Of a DNA stretch of 38,689 bases, positions 1-9,114 are shown piece by piece. This DNA comes from a virus. Lineage: Duplodnaviria; Caudoviricetes. The translations under genes were made by a program, and so were the position numbers. The stretch covers positions 1 through 38,689 of IMG/VR virus record IMGVR_UViG_3300010362_000051; one strand, given 5' to 3'. Below the pieces are notes generated by a model that saw only the letters and a list, made by a program, of their open reading frames with translations, was not told the DNA's origin and made no database searches. The first letter of the stretch is position 1; each line of letters opens with the position of its first letter.

Positions 1-60
1 CCTATACCTACATATGGACAGAAAATAAAAAGCTAACTACGATCAATTGTGGCGAAGGTT

Positions 61-113
61 AATTGGTCTGACCAATTCGGATACATAGTCAGATGATTAC
101 TTGGTCTGACCAA
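61..113. promoter_or_regulatory. Two operator-like palindromes, AATTGGTCTGACCAATT (61-77) and TTGGTCTGACCAA (101-113)
   Basis: Perfect odd-length palindromes 40 bp apart; match the GntR/FadR-subfamily operator consensus TGGT-N3-ACCA; third copy at 36706-36716. Confidence 0.7.
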
Positions 114-256
114 TTTACAATAGACATAAACACTGTTTAAACTAAATCTTTAGTAGGTATGTTTTAGAAACAGACAGATCATATATGGTTTTATAAGACT
201 CAAAAGGGCGGTGAATTTTAATGATCTGTAAGCCCTTTGTTTACAACACTTTATAC

Positions 257-285
257 TTGACAAGACCATTTTAATGTGATACAAT
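257..285 (+). promoter_or_regulatory. Sigma70-type promoter for the replication arm
   Basis: TTGACA (257-262), 17-bp spacer, TACAAT (280-285) with extended TG. Confidence 0.8.
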
Positions 286-400
286 TATCGAGCGTTGAAA
301 GTATGGCCGTTTTTTCAGGTTTGAATCCCCATTTAAACACTGTTTACGGTCTGGGATTAACAAGGAGAAAGTTTTACTTAAATGTACCAAGTGAGATAAT

Positions 401-877
401 ATGGACACAAATCATTCCCTCTATAATGTGCCAGAGTACGTTCGGAAATATTGCAAAGGAAGGTTGACAGAAGTAGTTGAATACCTGACTGAAAAGCAAT
501 ACTCAATTTACCTTAGAAAATATCAACATGGAGAAATCAAAAGACTAGAAGTTTTAGGTAGTGAAAAAGATAGCCAATACATCAGATGCCTAGTTACACG
601 CCAAGTTCTGCCACTTACAGTAATGAAAAATCCAATGCTCAAACGAGCAGCGGAATTAGAATATAAGACCTACAATGGGGAATTCCCCATAAGCCTACAA
701 GAAGCCAGATGGATATTGGTTGATGAATATGGGGACAAGTATCCAGATCTCAACTCCATCAATCAGCCTACTTCCTGCCTTGTATTGATTCAACACAGAA
801 GAGGACAATTTAAACTCTGTTTAAATGACACTGTTCGGATTGCCAATGAGAGGAGATCCAGACTATGTATTGTGTAG
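401..877 (+). CDS. Hypothetical protein
   Basis: 158-aa ORF, first gene after the promoter, overlaps next ORF. Confidence 0.7.
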   Translation: MDTNHSLYNVPEYVRKYCKGRLTEVVEYLTEKQYSIYLRKYQHGEIKRLEVLGSEKDSQYIRCLVTRQVLPLTVMKNPMLKRAAELEYKTYNGEFPISLQEARWILVDEYGDKYPDLNSINQPTSCLVLIQHRRGQFKLCLNDTVRIANERRSRLCIV

Positions 878-1227
878 TATGTGTTCAAAACAGAGCTAGT
901 GATTTCTTTTGCCCATTCTGTCAAGGTAATATAGGAAAGCTACTTAGAAAAACTCAAATAGAAGTTACTAAAGATTGGAAAGATATTTATCAGAGTTTAA
1001 CAATGGAGCAACAGCATAAAATTGCCTCATTGATAAGCAAGAGGATTCTTAGTGGACTCAAAGCCGGTATCTATAATGAGTCTGATTTCAGAGTAGATAC
1101 TATGGTCAAAGAATATTGTGAGATGACTCTCAAAAGACATGAATATTTAGAAATTCCCATCTCAACTGATTATAGTGATATGAACGGTTGTAGATATACT
1201 CAATACACTTCACCTAGAGGAGATTGA
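865..1227 (+). CDS. Hypothetical protein with N-terminal Zn-finger-like CxxC...CxxC
   Basis: CVVC...CPFC; AGGAG RBS upstream. Confidence 0.7.
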   Translation: MYCVVCVQNRASDFFCPFCQGNIGKLLRKTQIEVTKDWKDIYQSLTMEQQHKIASLISKRILSGLKAGIYNESDFRVDTMVKEYCEMTLKRHEYLEIPISTDYSDMNGCRYTQYTSPRGD

Positions 1228-1228
1228 T

Positions 1229-1411
1229 ATGCCAGAAGATGTAAACAGTGTTTATGGAGATACATTAGAAATAAATGCTGATGTAAATAATTCTCAGAAA
1301 CAAATCGAAGCACTAAAAAGACAAATAAAGGCGCTTAAGCAGTGTTTAAAAGAAGTAGGAATTGAAATCAACGGAGATGAAGTAAACTTAGAAGGAGAGG
1401 TAAAGGGCTGA
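1229..1411 (+). CDS. Small coiled-coil hypothetical protein
   Basis: 60 aa, GAGGAG RBS, heptad-like QKQIEALKRQIKALKQCL. Confidence 0.6.
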   Translation: MPEDVNSVYGDTLEINADVNNSQKQIEALKRQIKALKQCLKEVGIEINGDEVNLEGEVKG

Positions 1412-1521
1412 GGTCATATATGTTTTGCGTTGATAGTATATATGGAACCCAAGTGTAACTATATACTACCACAACATTTACCTTATGTCAAATTTAAACA
1501 GTGTTTAAGAAAGAGAATAAA

Positions 1522-1608
1522 GTGAAAAAGAAAGATCCTAACTTTTGGTTATTGTGGGCATTTATCTTGGCTATATTAATTAGCATAATTGCCTTTATCT
1601 CAAAATAA
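1522..1608 (+). CDS. Small membrane peptide (not in ORF track)
   Basis: GTG start, MKKKDPNFWLLWAFILAILISIIAFISK; an in-frame alternative GTG at 1501 lies inside a palindrome copy. Confidence 0.45.
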   Translation: MKKKDPNFWLLWAFILAILISIIAFISK

Positions 1609-1622
1609 TTAAAGGAGATAAT

Positions 1623-1871
1623 ATGAACTGGGAAGAGATAGACAACATAGAAAGAGTAACACCGAGACATAATTGGAAAAGAAAGGAGAACCCACCTTCT
1701 GTTGATAAGATCATTGGAGACTTTGACAAGTTAGCCTGTGATGAAAATCCAACAGAAGAAGACTTTCATCAAAATACTCAGAAAACTAAGGTCGAAGGAA
1801 AATTGGTATACATTCAAAAGGCACTTGCTCAGACATTACGATGGCAATCCTTTTGTAAAACAACTACTTGA
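1623..1871 (+). CDS. Hypothetical protein
   Basis: AAGGAG RBS before ATG; overlaps the next ORF in another frame. Confidence 0.45.
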   Translation: MNWEEIDNIERVTPRHNWKRKENPPSVDKIIGDFDKLACDENPTEEDFHQNTQKTKVEGKLVYIQKALAQTLRWQSFCKTTT

Positions 1872-2178
1872 AGACTGGCATTCTCTCTGCAAACTGGCAA
1901 GTAAGGCAGTATCAGTTAAAAGGGGGATGTCTAAGAAAACGGTATGGGAGTTGATCGAAAGGTCAACTCCTCTACACCTTGAAGGTTATAGAGATAATGA
2001 ATTCCTAATTATTAGGGTACTTTATAACAAGGTAGACAAGAAGAAGTATGTGGACATTAGGATATATGAGATCAACAATGGTATTCCTAAGAAGACAGAC
2101 AAAGGAACTTACTTCCCACTCAAGCTATGGGAGAATCTTAAACAGTGTTTAAATGAAATAACAAGGAGAATAAAATGA
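1738..2178 (+). CDS. PC4/YdbC-like ssDNA-binding protein (start uncertain)
   Basis: C-terminal KKYVDIRIY...KKTDKGTYFPLKLWENLK resembles the PC4 signature (IDIREYW...PGRKGISL...W..LK). Confidence 0.7.
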   Translation: MMKIQQKKTFIKILRKLRSKENWYTFKRHLLRHYDGNPFVKQLLEDWHSLCKLASKAVSVKRGMSKKTVWELIERSTPLHLEGYRDNEFLIIRVLYNKVDKKKYVDIRIYEINNGIPKKTDKGTYFPLKLWENLKQCLNEITRRIK

Positions 2179-2179
2179 A

Positions 2180-3739
2180 ATGAATAAGAAAACGATTAGA
2201 TGTCCAGACCATAAGGATAAACATGCTAGTGCAGCTATCTTTACTAGGCCAGATGGCAGTGAGTGGTTACACTGTCTTGGATGTGGAGCTAACAGACTCT
2301 TCAAAGAAGGAGACAAGAACTTGAGAAATGAAGTTTACATAGAGGATGAAGTGTATGATGTGGGGGATTTTGGAGTAGATATTAAACACTGTTTAAATCC
2401 TCTTGAACTTCTAGAGGATCTTGCTAGAGATAAAGGTATTACATCTGAAATGCTTGATGCACTTGGAGGATTTGTAACTGATGAATATTATCTAGGCTTT
2501 AAGTATGGAAACGGGAGGGAGGTCTATCGAAACCTAGCTAAAGACAATAGACCAAGGTTTATAAATGTAGGTGGTAACAAAGGGTTGATGAATGATGAGA
2601 TCATAGATCACTATGATGAATGGTTTCTAGTAGAAGGATTAACTGATTGGGCAATGTTCAAATACTTCATCAGACCAAACGTAACTACATCTTTTGGAGC
2701 AGAGATATCAGATGAGCAGGCTTACCTGTTAAGAGGTAAGACAGTCTTTATGTTATTTGATAGAGACTTCGCAGGATATAGGGGATCTAAGCAAGCAGAA
2801 GCTAAGCTAATGGAATATGGAGCCACTCCTATTAACTTTGAGCTACCCAATGGATTCAATCTTAAACCTAGCGGCAAGGTGGATGTAGGTTATCTCATTC
2901 ATAAAGAGCTAGAAGAGTTTAGAAACTGGATAGATTTCAAGGTTAGAAGGTATAAGACCTTTGATGATACTTATGTGGACAGGTTCAAGAAGAGAGATCC
3001 TTTGCATTTCTATAAGACTGATATACCATTCATCAGGTTTACTCAAGGTCTGTATGTATTGACTGGCCCACCTGGAGTAGGTAAGACCACAGCAGGAATC
3101 AGCTTTACAGATAACTTCCAAGAACAAGGAGGATCAGTTCTCTATGTTAACTATGATCTACCAGAGGATCAGATAGTAGCTAGGCTAGCATCTAGATATA
3201 CAGATGCATTTAGTTGGGCAGAGATAGAAGCTATGCCCCATCTCCTTAATGATGAAAGAGAAGCAGAGGAGAAGCTTAAACAGTGTTTAAAGAGAGTCAA
3301 GGTAATGACTAAGCTTACTCCATCTGAACTTAAACACTGCAAGAAGTATTACACTCATATGGTTATTGATTATCTTCAGAGGGTTCCTAATAATCATCCT
3401 GATCAGAGAGTAGGTTTAGAACATTTGATGGATGATCTATCTGATATGGGAGTAACTGATGGCATGACTGTTGTAGGTATCAGCAGAGAGAGTCTTAATG
3501 GTAACAAATTTAGTGGCACTGCTGCCATAGAATACCATGCACAGGGAGCTATGATCCTAGATAAGACAGACAATGATATAGTATCCTGTGAGATCAGGAA
3601 GAATACTAGAGGTAAGACTGGACATACTCTGTACAAGGTAGACTATCCACATCAGAAGCTAGTACCTACCAAGTTGAGTGGTATAGCAGATGATAAGTTT
3701 AGAACATTATGGGGAGAGGAAGATGAAAAAGATAATTAA
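2180..3739 (+). CDS. Fused DNA primase / DnaB-like helicase
   Basis: Zn finger CPDH...CLGC, TOPRIM VEGLTD and FDRD, Walker A GPPGVGKT, Walker B VIDYLQ, KNTRG arginine finger. Confidence 0.92.
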   Translation: MNKKTIRCPDHKDKHASAAIFTRPDGSEWLHCLGCGANRLFKEGDKNLRNEVYIEDEVYDVGDFGVDIKHCLNPLELLEDLARDKGITSEMLDALGGFVTDEYYLGFKYGNGREVYRNLAKDNRPRFINVGGNKGLMNDEIIDHYDEWFLVEGLTDWAMFKYFIRPNVTTSFGAEISDEQAYLLRGKTVFMLFDRDFAGYRGSKQAEAKLMEYGATPINFELPNGFNLKPSGKVDVGYLIHKELEEFRNWIDFKVRRYKTFDDTYVDRFKKRDPLHFYKTDIPFIRFTQGLYVLTGPPGVGKTTAGISFTDNFQEQGGSVLYVNYDLPEDQIVARLASRYTDAFSWAEIEAMPHLLNDEREAEEKLKQCLKRVKVMTKLTPSELKHCKKYYTHMVIDYLQRVPNNHPDQRVGLEHLMDDLSDMGVTDGMTVVGISRESLNGNKFSGTAAIEYHAQGAMILDKTDNDIVSCEIRKNTRGKTGHTLYKVDYPHQKLVPTKLSGIADDKFRTLWGEEDEKDN

Positions 3740-3977
3740 ACAAGTTGCAAGTGAAGTCTATATGATAGTTGATTGTGATAATTGTAACAACTATCATTTC
3801 TATGCAAAATCATTTGATAGATGGATCTATTTGAGAAGTGAACCAAAATGTATTTGGCTAAGTGATAAGCAAACGATGGAGTATGTAGACTATGAAACAG
3901 GAAACTCTCCCACTGAAGTTTCAAGCGCAACTGGAGATACCGGAGAACTTTCATCATCTGAAGGAACTGACCTTTGA
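3723..3977 (+). CDS. Hypothetical protein
   Basis: GAGGA RBS, CxxC; 3' end overlaps the polymerase start. Confidence 0.45.
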   Translation: MKKIIKQVASEVYMIVDCDNCNNYHFYAKSFDRWIYLRSEPKCIWLSDKQTMEYVDYETGNSPTEVSSATGDTGELSSSEGTDL

Positions 3978-5796
3978 AGATGTAGAAGGTGAAGCAGTAG
4001 GCTTCGATATAGAAACTAATGATAGCATAGATCCTTATGATCCTATGTCAGAAGTAGTATGTCTATCTATTAGTGGCTATACACAGGTTTTCTATCTTCA
4101 CAAGGCAAAGTTTAAACAGTGTTTAAATCTGATTAAGCAAGTAGTAGAGTCTCCAAATTGTATGGTCATAGGTCATAACATAATGTTTGATTTAAAGTTT
4201 ATGGCTGTCAAATATGGATGGACTATAAGGTGTCTGGCTTATGACATAATGCTAGCAGAGTATTTCTTGGATGAAGAAAGGAAGTTTACCAAGCTAAAAG
4301 ATCTGATCATCAAATATGGTATTGATACTGGAGATCATAAGAGTATATATGAAGGAAGGAAGATCTCTCAAATACCATATGAAGATTTAACGGTCTACAA
4401 TGGAAATGATGCCAGAGCTTGTGTAATACTCAAAAGGGATGTGTTTGATCCAGCTTTAGAGGAACAAGGATTAACTAAGATAATGGGTATAGCCTGTGAA
4501 GCAATACCTGTACTGACTAAGATGATGGTTAGAGGAATAAATGTAGATCTTATGTATGGACAGCAACAGCAAATGAAATTATATGATAAAATGATAAAGA
4601 TGAGACTTAAGTTGAAAGATCTAGCTCAATCTACATTCAATCCTGATAGTCCACAACAGTTATCTAAAGTTTTATATGGGAAGTTTAAGTTTGAAGCTTT
4701 TAAAATTGGTAAGGCTCATGGCAGTACAGATTATGAAAGCATAATTAGAATTAGGCAAGAACAATGTGATGGAGATGATATAGATGTCAAGTTCATTGAT
4801 ACTTTGATAGAGTACAATAAGCTTAAGACAATGAATAATAAGTACTATACTAAGCTTCCCTATTGGGTCAGACCAGATGGTTGTATCCATACAAATTTTA
4901 ACTTGGGAGCTACTGATACTGGTAGATTAACTAGCAGTGGTACTAGAGATGAAGATGGAAATACGCTTGGCCCTAATATGCAGCAGCAAAAGAGGGGGGC
5001 TGAGTTCAGAGGAGTATATGTTCCACGTCCAGGCTATACATTTTTAGAGGGAGACTGGTCAGCAGTAGAGATGAGATTCCTTGCTCATTTTGCAGGGGAA
5101 ACAGCGATGATTGAGATGTTTAAACAGTGTTTAGATGTGCATACAGCTACTATGTGTCAACTGAAAGGATGGAACTATGATGAAGCTCTGGAGATATATC
5201 TTAATGCAGATCATCCCGAACATTTATCAATCAAGAATCTTAGAGTTGGAGTTAAGAACTTCAACTTTGGAGAAGTCTATGGAGCAGGCATTGACAAATT
5301 ACAAAATGAACTCGTTAAGCATGGAATCTACTGGACAAGAAAGCAGTGTGAAGATATTTATTATGAAAAGAAGAAGCTCTTTCCTAATATCGTCAGATGG
5401 AAAAAGGAAGTTGCAAACTTTATCAAGAAGTATCAGTACGTTAGGATGCCTTTCGGTCAACTCCGAAGGCTACCTGACGACTCATGGGGCAGTATCCTCA
5501 AGGGTATTAACTTCATCATACAGTCTACCGCATCAGGATGGTTCCCCATAATAGGAATGATCCTACTAGACAGATACTTTGATGAGAACAAACTTGATGC
5601 TCACATCTTACTCAGCGTTCACGATTCTATCCTATGCGAAGTTAAGATCTATGGAGAGAGTAAGATGGAAAAGATAAAGAAAGACTTTGAAAGGATAATG
5701 ACTGAAGATATTTTAGAATATGTAAAAGCTATCTTTGACTTTCAATTAACTGTGCCTTTAGAATTTAAAACAGAATATATGGAAAGGTGGAGATAA
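3892..5796 (+). CDS. polA: Family A DNA polymerase with 3'-5' exonuclease
   Basis: Exo motifs FDIET, GHNIMFDL, YNGND; TDTGRLTSS; motif A DWSAVEMR; motif B RVGVKNFNFGEVYG; motif C VHDSI. Confidence 0.96.
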   Translation: MKQETLPLKFQAQLEIPENFHHLKELTFEDVEGEAVGFDIETNDSIDPYDPMSEVVCLSISGYTQVFYLHKAKFKQCLNLIKQVVESPNCMVIGHNIMFDLKFMAVKYGWTIRCLAYDIMLAEYFLDEERKFTKLKDLIIKYGIDTGDHKSIYEGRKISQIPYEDLTVYNGNDARACVILKRDVFDPALEEQGLTKIMGIACEAIPVLTKMMVRGINVDLMYGQQQQMKLYDKMIKMRLKLKDLAQSTFNPDSPQQLSKVLYGKFKFEAFKIGKAHGSTDYESIIRIRQEQCDGDDIDVKFIDTLIEYNKLKTMNNKYYTKLPYWVRPDGCIHTNFNLGATDTGRLTSSGTRDEDGNTLGPNMQQQKRGAEFRGVYVPRPGYTFLEGDWSAVEMRFLAHFAGETAMIEMFKQCLDVHTATMCQLKGWNYDEALEIYLNADHPEHLSIKNLRVGVKNFNFGEVYGAGIDKLQNELVKHGIYWTRKQCEDIYYEKKKLFPNIVRWKKEVANFIKKYQYVRMPFGQLRRLPDDSWGSILKGINFIIQSTASGWFPIIGMILLDRYFDENKLDAHILLSVHDSILCEVKIYGESKMEKIKKDFERIMTEDILEYVKAIFDFQLTVPLEFKTEYMERWR

Positions 5797-6134
5797 TGTT
5801 AGAACATACCCTTCATGAATGTAAAAAAGATGATTGCTTCATATGTTCAGGAGGTCTAAGTTCATGTGAAGTTTGTGGTGGTGGTGAAGGATCTTTAAGT
5901 ATGCACTGCTATGGAGCAAAACTAGAAAGTTATGTATTAGAAGCCATATATAATAAGTGGATAGACTATATTGGGGGTTATTTTTGGTACTATTCCAAAG
6001 AAGACCACAAAATATTTCATGCTGACAGATCTCCAATTACTCTTGAAGGTTTAGAAAATCTTTATGGATACCAAGCGAGCAAGGAACAAAGTAAAGAAAG
6101 GCAAACAGGCAGGAGACAGGGCAGGAAAGCCTAA
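5796..6134 (+). CDS. Cys-rich hypothetical protein
   Basis: TAATG coupling with polymerase; CFIC..CEVCGGGEGSL..HC. Confidence 0.65.
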   Translation: MLEHTLHECKKDDCFICSGGLSSCEVCGGGEGSLSMHCYGAKLESYVLEAIYNKWIDYIGGYFWYYSKEDHKIFHADRSPITLEGLENLYGYQASKEQSKERQTGRRQGRKA

Positions 6135-6405
6135 ATATTCTCAGAAGCATAGGTATTATCCTGAATGGATGCCTGATGACAAGGGATTCACAAGATACTA
6201 TTGGCATCTCAAAAGACGATGCTTATGGACACTAGGGCTTGTAACTATAAAGGGGAAAAGAAATGATAGACACTTGACATTTACTCCAGACAAGATAGCA
6301 ATGCTACATGAAATGATAGACAGATGTGATGAGCATTTGAATAAGGCGAAAAAAGAATTCTATGAAAGCATTAAGGATAATGCTTTTGAAGATGATGAAA
6401 CGTAA
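6064..6405 (+). CDS. Basic hypothetical protein
   Basis: 113-aa ORF; stop TAA is the first triplet of a palindrome copy. Confidence 0.65.
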   Translation: MDTKRARNKVKKGKQAGDRAGKPKYSQKHRYYPEWMPDDKGFTRYYWHLKRRCLWTLGLVTIKGKRNDRHLTFTPDKIAMLHEMIDRCDEHLNKAKKEFYESIKDNAFEDDET

Positions 6406-6449
6406 ACAGTGTTTAAGAACTTTAGTTCGATGAAATAGGAGAAAACAAA

Positions 6450-7709
6450 ATGGCTAAGATGAGTTTTGATGAAATGATGGAATGGTCAAAGAAAGTTAAA
6501 GAATATGATAGTCCTTTTAACTTTCTTAAATTCCCCCAAGGTATTCATCTTGTAAGGATTGTAGCTGCTGAAGATGATGCTTATTTCAGGAGCTATACTC
6601 AGCATGATTGTGGTCATGAAAAAGATTACAGGTCTTGGTTGTGTTGGGATTACATCATGGACAATAAAGAAGTGAGAGAGTATCTAGCAGAGAAAGAACT
6701 TCTTACAGAAGCAGATGCTAAACTAGCTGCTAAATATGGAGATCCTGTTTGTACTACTCTTGAAGTTATCAAGAAGTATGTCAAGGATATAGAGCCTGTC
6801 TACAAGGCTATGAGAACTAAGATTAGGGTAGTAATGAATGTGTTTTATGTTGCTCAAATCTACCCAGAGAAACCAAGTGAAAAAACTCCTAAGCCTGGGC
6901 TATATGTGCTGGAGCAATCAGCATTTTTCAATAAGCAAATCATCTCTGCGATGGAGAAAGACTCTTCATTTGAGGGAGAAGATCCCTTAGCTCTACTTAG
7001 TTCTGAATCTGGAAAAGTAATGTCTATTCAAGTTGAGGGTGAGGGAATTGGAAAGAACAGAAGGCAATACACTATAGATTTTAAAGGTAAACCAAGTCCA
7101 GTTGTTTTCTGTGAAGATGGAGCTAATCCATATCTTGCATCTAATAAGAACAAGAGACAGGGATTGCCAGAAGATTTTGAGATTTATAATTTGAGAGATG
7201 TAGAAGCTGTCAGGTTTACTGCTTATCAGGAAACGATCAATCAGCTTAAGGCTGTTAAGACAATCAAATCTATAATGGATCAGATTGGATATGAGGTAGG
7301 AGGAGATCAACCAAGTGATAATCCTCTTGATGATAATTATGATGATAAGTTTGCTAAGAAGACTGTTGGTAAACCTATCGCAGTTAAAGAAATCAAGGAA
7401 GATTCTTGGACTAAGCAAGTAAATGGGAAGAAGGAAAAAAAGGAAGCTTGGGAAGATGAAGAAAACATAAAAGAAGAAAGAGCAAAGGTTCAGTCTAAGA
7501 AGGTTGTAGAAGTTGAAGAGGATGACGATGAAATCCCTTTTGATGATGACTTTGATCTTGAAGAATCAAACTTAGTTACGCCAGCAGAGAACACTAAGTT
7601 TGCTAAAACCTCCAGAGAAAAGGATACCTTTGAAAAAGCTGTACCCAAATCAGATCCAGCAAAAGAAGTGATCACTAACGCTCCTAAAACTAAAAGGAAA
7701 ATCTTCTAA
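6450..7709 (+). CDS. Putative single-stranded DNA-binding protein (gp32-like) with long charged C-terminus
   Basis: FLKF..G.HLVRIV, His/Cys cluster, GEG...RQYTI, acidic EEDDDEIPFDDDF; position in replication module. Confidence 0.65.
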   Translation: MAKMSFDEMMEWSKKVKEYDSPFNFLKFPQGIHLVRIVAAEDDAYFRSYTQHDCGHEKDYRSWLCWDYIMDNKEVREYLAEKELLTEADAKLAAKYGDPVCTTLEVIKKYVKDIEPVYKAMRTKIRVVMNVFYVAQIYPEKPSEKTPKPGLYVLEQSAFFNKQIISAMEKDSSFEGEDPLALLSSESGKVMSIQVEGEGIGKNRRQYTIDFKGKPSPVVFCEDGANPYLASNKNKRQGLPEDFEIYNLRDVEAVRFTAYQETINQLKAVKTIKSIMDQIGYEVGGDQPSDNPLDDNYDDKFAKKTVGKPIAVKEIKEDSWTKQVNGKKEKKEAWEDEENIKEERAKVQSKKVVEVEEDDDEIPFDDDFDLEESNLVTPAENTKFAKTSREKDTFEKAVPKSDPAKEVITNAPKTKRKIF

Positions 7710-7762
7710 AGATGGACTAAAGTCCTTTAAACAGTGTTTAAACCAAAAGGAAATGATTGAGG

Positions 7763-7823
7763 TAATCCGTAGTAGGATGATCGAAAGATATATAAAGAAT
7801 AAAGGTTGTCCTACTACGGATTA
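7763..7823 (+). other. Long RNA stem-loop
   Basis: TAATCCGTAGTAGGA (7763-7777) / TCCTACTACGGATTA (7809-7823), a perfect 15-bp inverted repeat extended inward by G-U pairs on the + strand. Confidence 0.85.
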
Positions 7824-7844
7824 TGTAATGAAAGGAAAATGGTT

Positions 7845-8213
7845 ATGACGTGCTTAGAATTACATAACAAATATGGTATGACATTGCAGATAGACCTCAA
7901 TGGAGAGGCATTTAATAGTCCGAGAATAATTGTACGGAGTAGCAGTGAGCCTACTTCAAACCATCAATTCATGCTATCTGAACTTGATATAGAACAATTA
8001 AAAGCTTTCTTTTTTATCAAAACAAATGTTGGAGTTGATGGGGAAGATCTCAAATCTATGCTCCAAGCTGTTAGGTTTTGTATGTCTGATATCCATAATA
8101 AGATACAAGCAAATGAAAGAGCATATGAAAGACTGAATGAAATCTATGGAAAGTATATTATCAAGGAGGAAGGTAATGAAGATAGAATTGAATCCAATAG
8201 ATCCTCTGAGTAG
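7845..8213 (+). CDS. Hypothetical protein (start uncertain)
   Basis: ORF 7806..8213; ATG at 7839/7845 downstream of AAGGA. Confidence 0.6.
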   Translation: MTCLELHNKYGMTLQIDLNGEAFNSPRIIVRSSSEPTSNHQFMLSELDIEQLKAFFFIKTNVGVDGEDLKSMLQAVRFCMSDIHNKIQANERAYERLNEIYGKYIIKEEGNEDRIESNRSSE

Positions 8214-9114
8214 GTTGATTTATGATAAGCATAAGATAGGAGCTAATGTGAGATCTTCTGTACCTCCTTGCACTTTATGCAGAGAAGTTCCTGAGGGGGC
8301 TGTCAGGGGACACTTTCATGGGTCTGAGTTAGGTCAATGCAAACTCAAAACTTATTGGGATTGTACTTCTGGATCAACATTTGAAGATCCTCTAGAAGGT
8401 AGAGTTAGCGAAGATGATATAGACGCTAGAGCAGCTTTCCTACTTGATGGACATCTCCATGAAGAGAACATCATCAAGAACATAGCTGCTTCTGGAATGA
8501 ATATCATGGGATATGGTAATCAAGATGAGTATGAAAGAAAGATTCAAGTCTATGTCAGGTATACTAAAAATGGGGAAAAGAGTTCAATTGATTTTACTAT
8601 GCCCCATAATAAAGCTCCCAATAGGGATAAGGTATTAGAGGGATTTGAAGAATCATTCAAGATAATTGCTCATCTTGATGGAATACTTGAAGTCAAGAGT
8701 AAAAAGACTGGTAAAGAGATGTTAGCTGGAGTTGAGTGTAAGGCTGTTAAAGATTACACTTGGAAGAAAATAAAAGAAACATCTGAAATTTCTGATATTT
8801 GGTATGGACAAATCCATAGTTATTTCATATCAAACCATCACATACAGAGGTTCTATTTATTTATCAAGCATAGGCATACATCTCAGATGATGAAACCTAT
8901 ATTGATAATGAGGAATGATGATTATATCAAGAGGAGACTAACAGCTTTACATGATGTGTATAGTGCAATTCTAGATGATGATCCAGATAAATATGGAATA
9001 AAGGCAGAGCATACATCTCCCAAAGATAGTGAATGTAAATTCTGTCCCTACAAAGAAAGATGTTATGGAAAAGTGAAGGTAGATTTAAACACTGTTTACG
9101 AGGAGGAAGAATAA
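8176..9114 (+). CDS. Cas4-like PD-(D/E)XK exonuclease
   Basis: SELGQC, HLDGIL...VECK, YGQIHSY, C-terminal CKFCPYKERC (1+3 Cys Fe-S pattern); AAGGAGG RBS. Confidence 0.85.
   Translation: MKIELNPIDPLSRLIYDKHKIGANVRSSVPPCTLCREVPEGAVRGHFHGSELGQCKLKTYWDCTSGSTFEDPLEGRVSEDDIDARAAFLLDGHLHEENIIKNIAASGMNIMGYGNQDEYERKIQVYVRYTKNGEKSSIDFTMPHNKAPNRDKVLEGFEESFKIIAHLDGILEVKSKKTGKEMLAGVECKAVKDYTWKKIKETSEISDIWYGQIHSYFISNHHIQRFYLFIKHRHTSQMMKPILIMRNDDYIKRRLTALHDVYSAILDDDPDKYGIKAEHTSPKDSECKFCPYKERCYGKVKVDLNTVYEEEE

Noticed and set aside
276-467. ORF 276..467
   Set aside because: Starts within the -10 region of the promoter and overlaps the better ORF at 401.
8176-9114. Cas4-like gene as evidence of a CRISPR-Cas system
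   Set aside because: Solo Cas4-like nucleases are common in phage replication modules; no cas1/cas2 or array is present.
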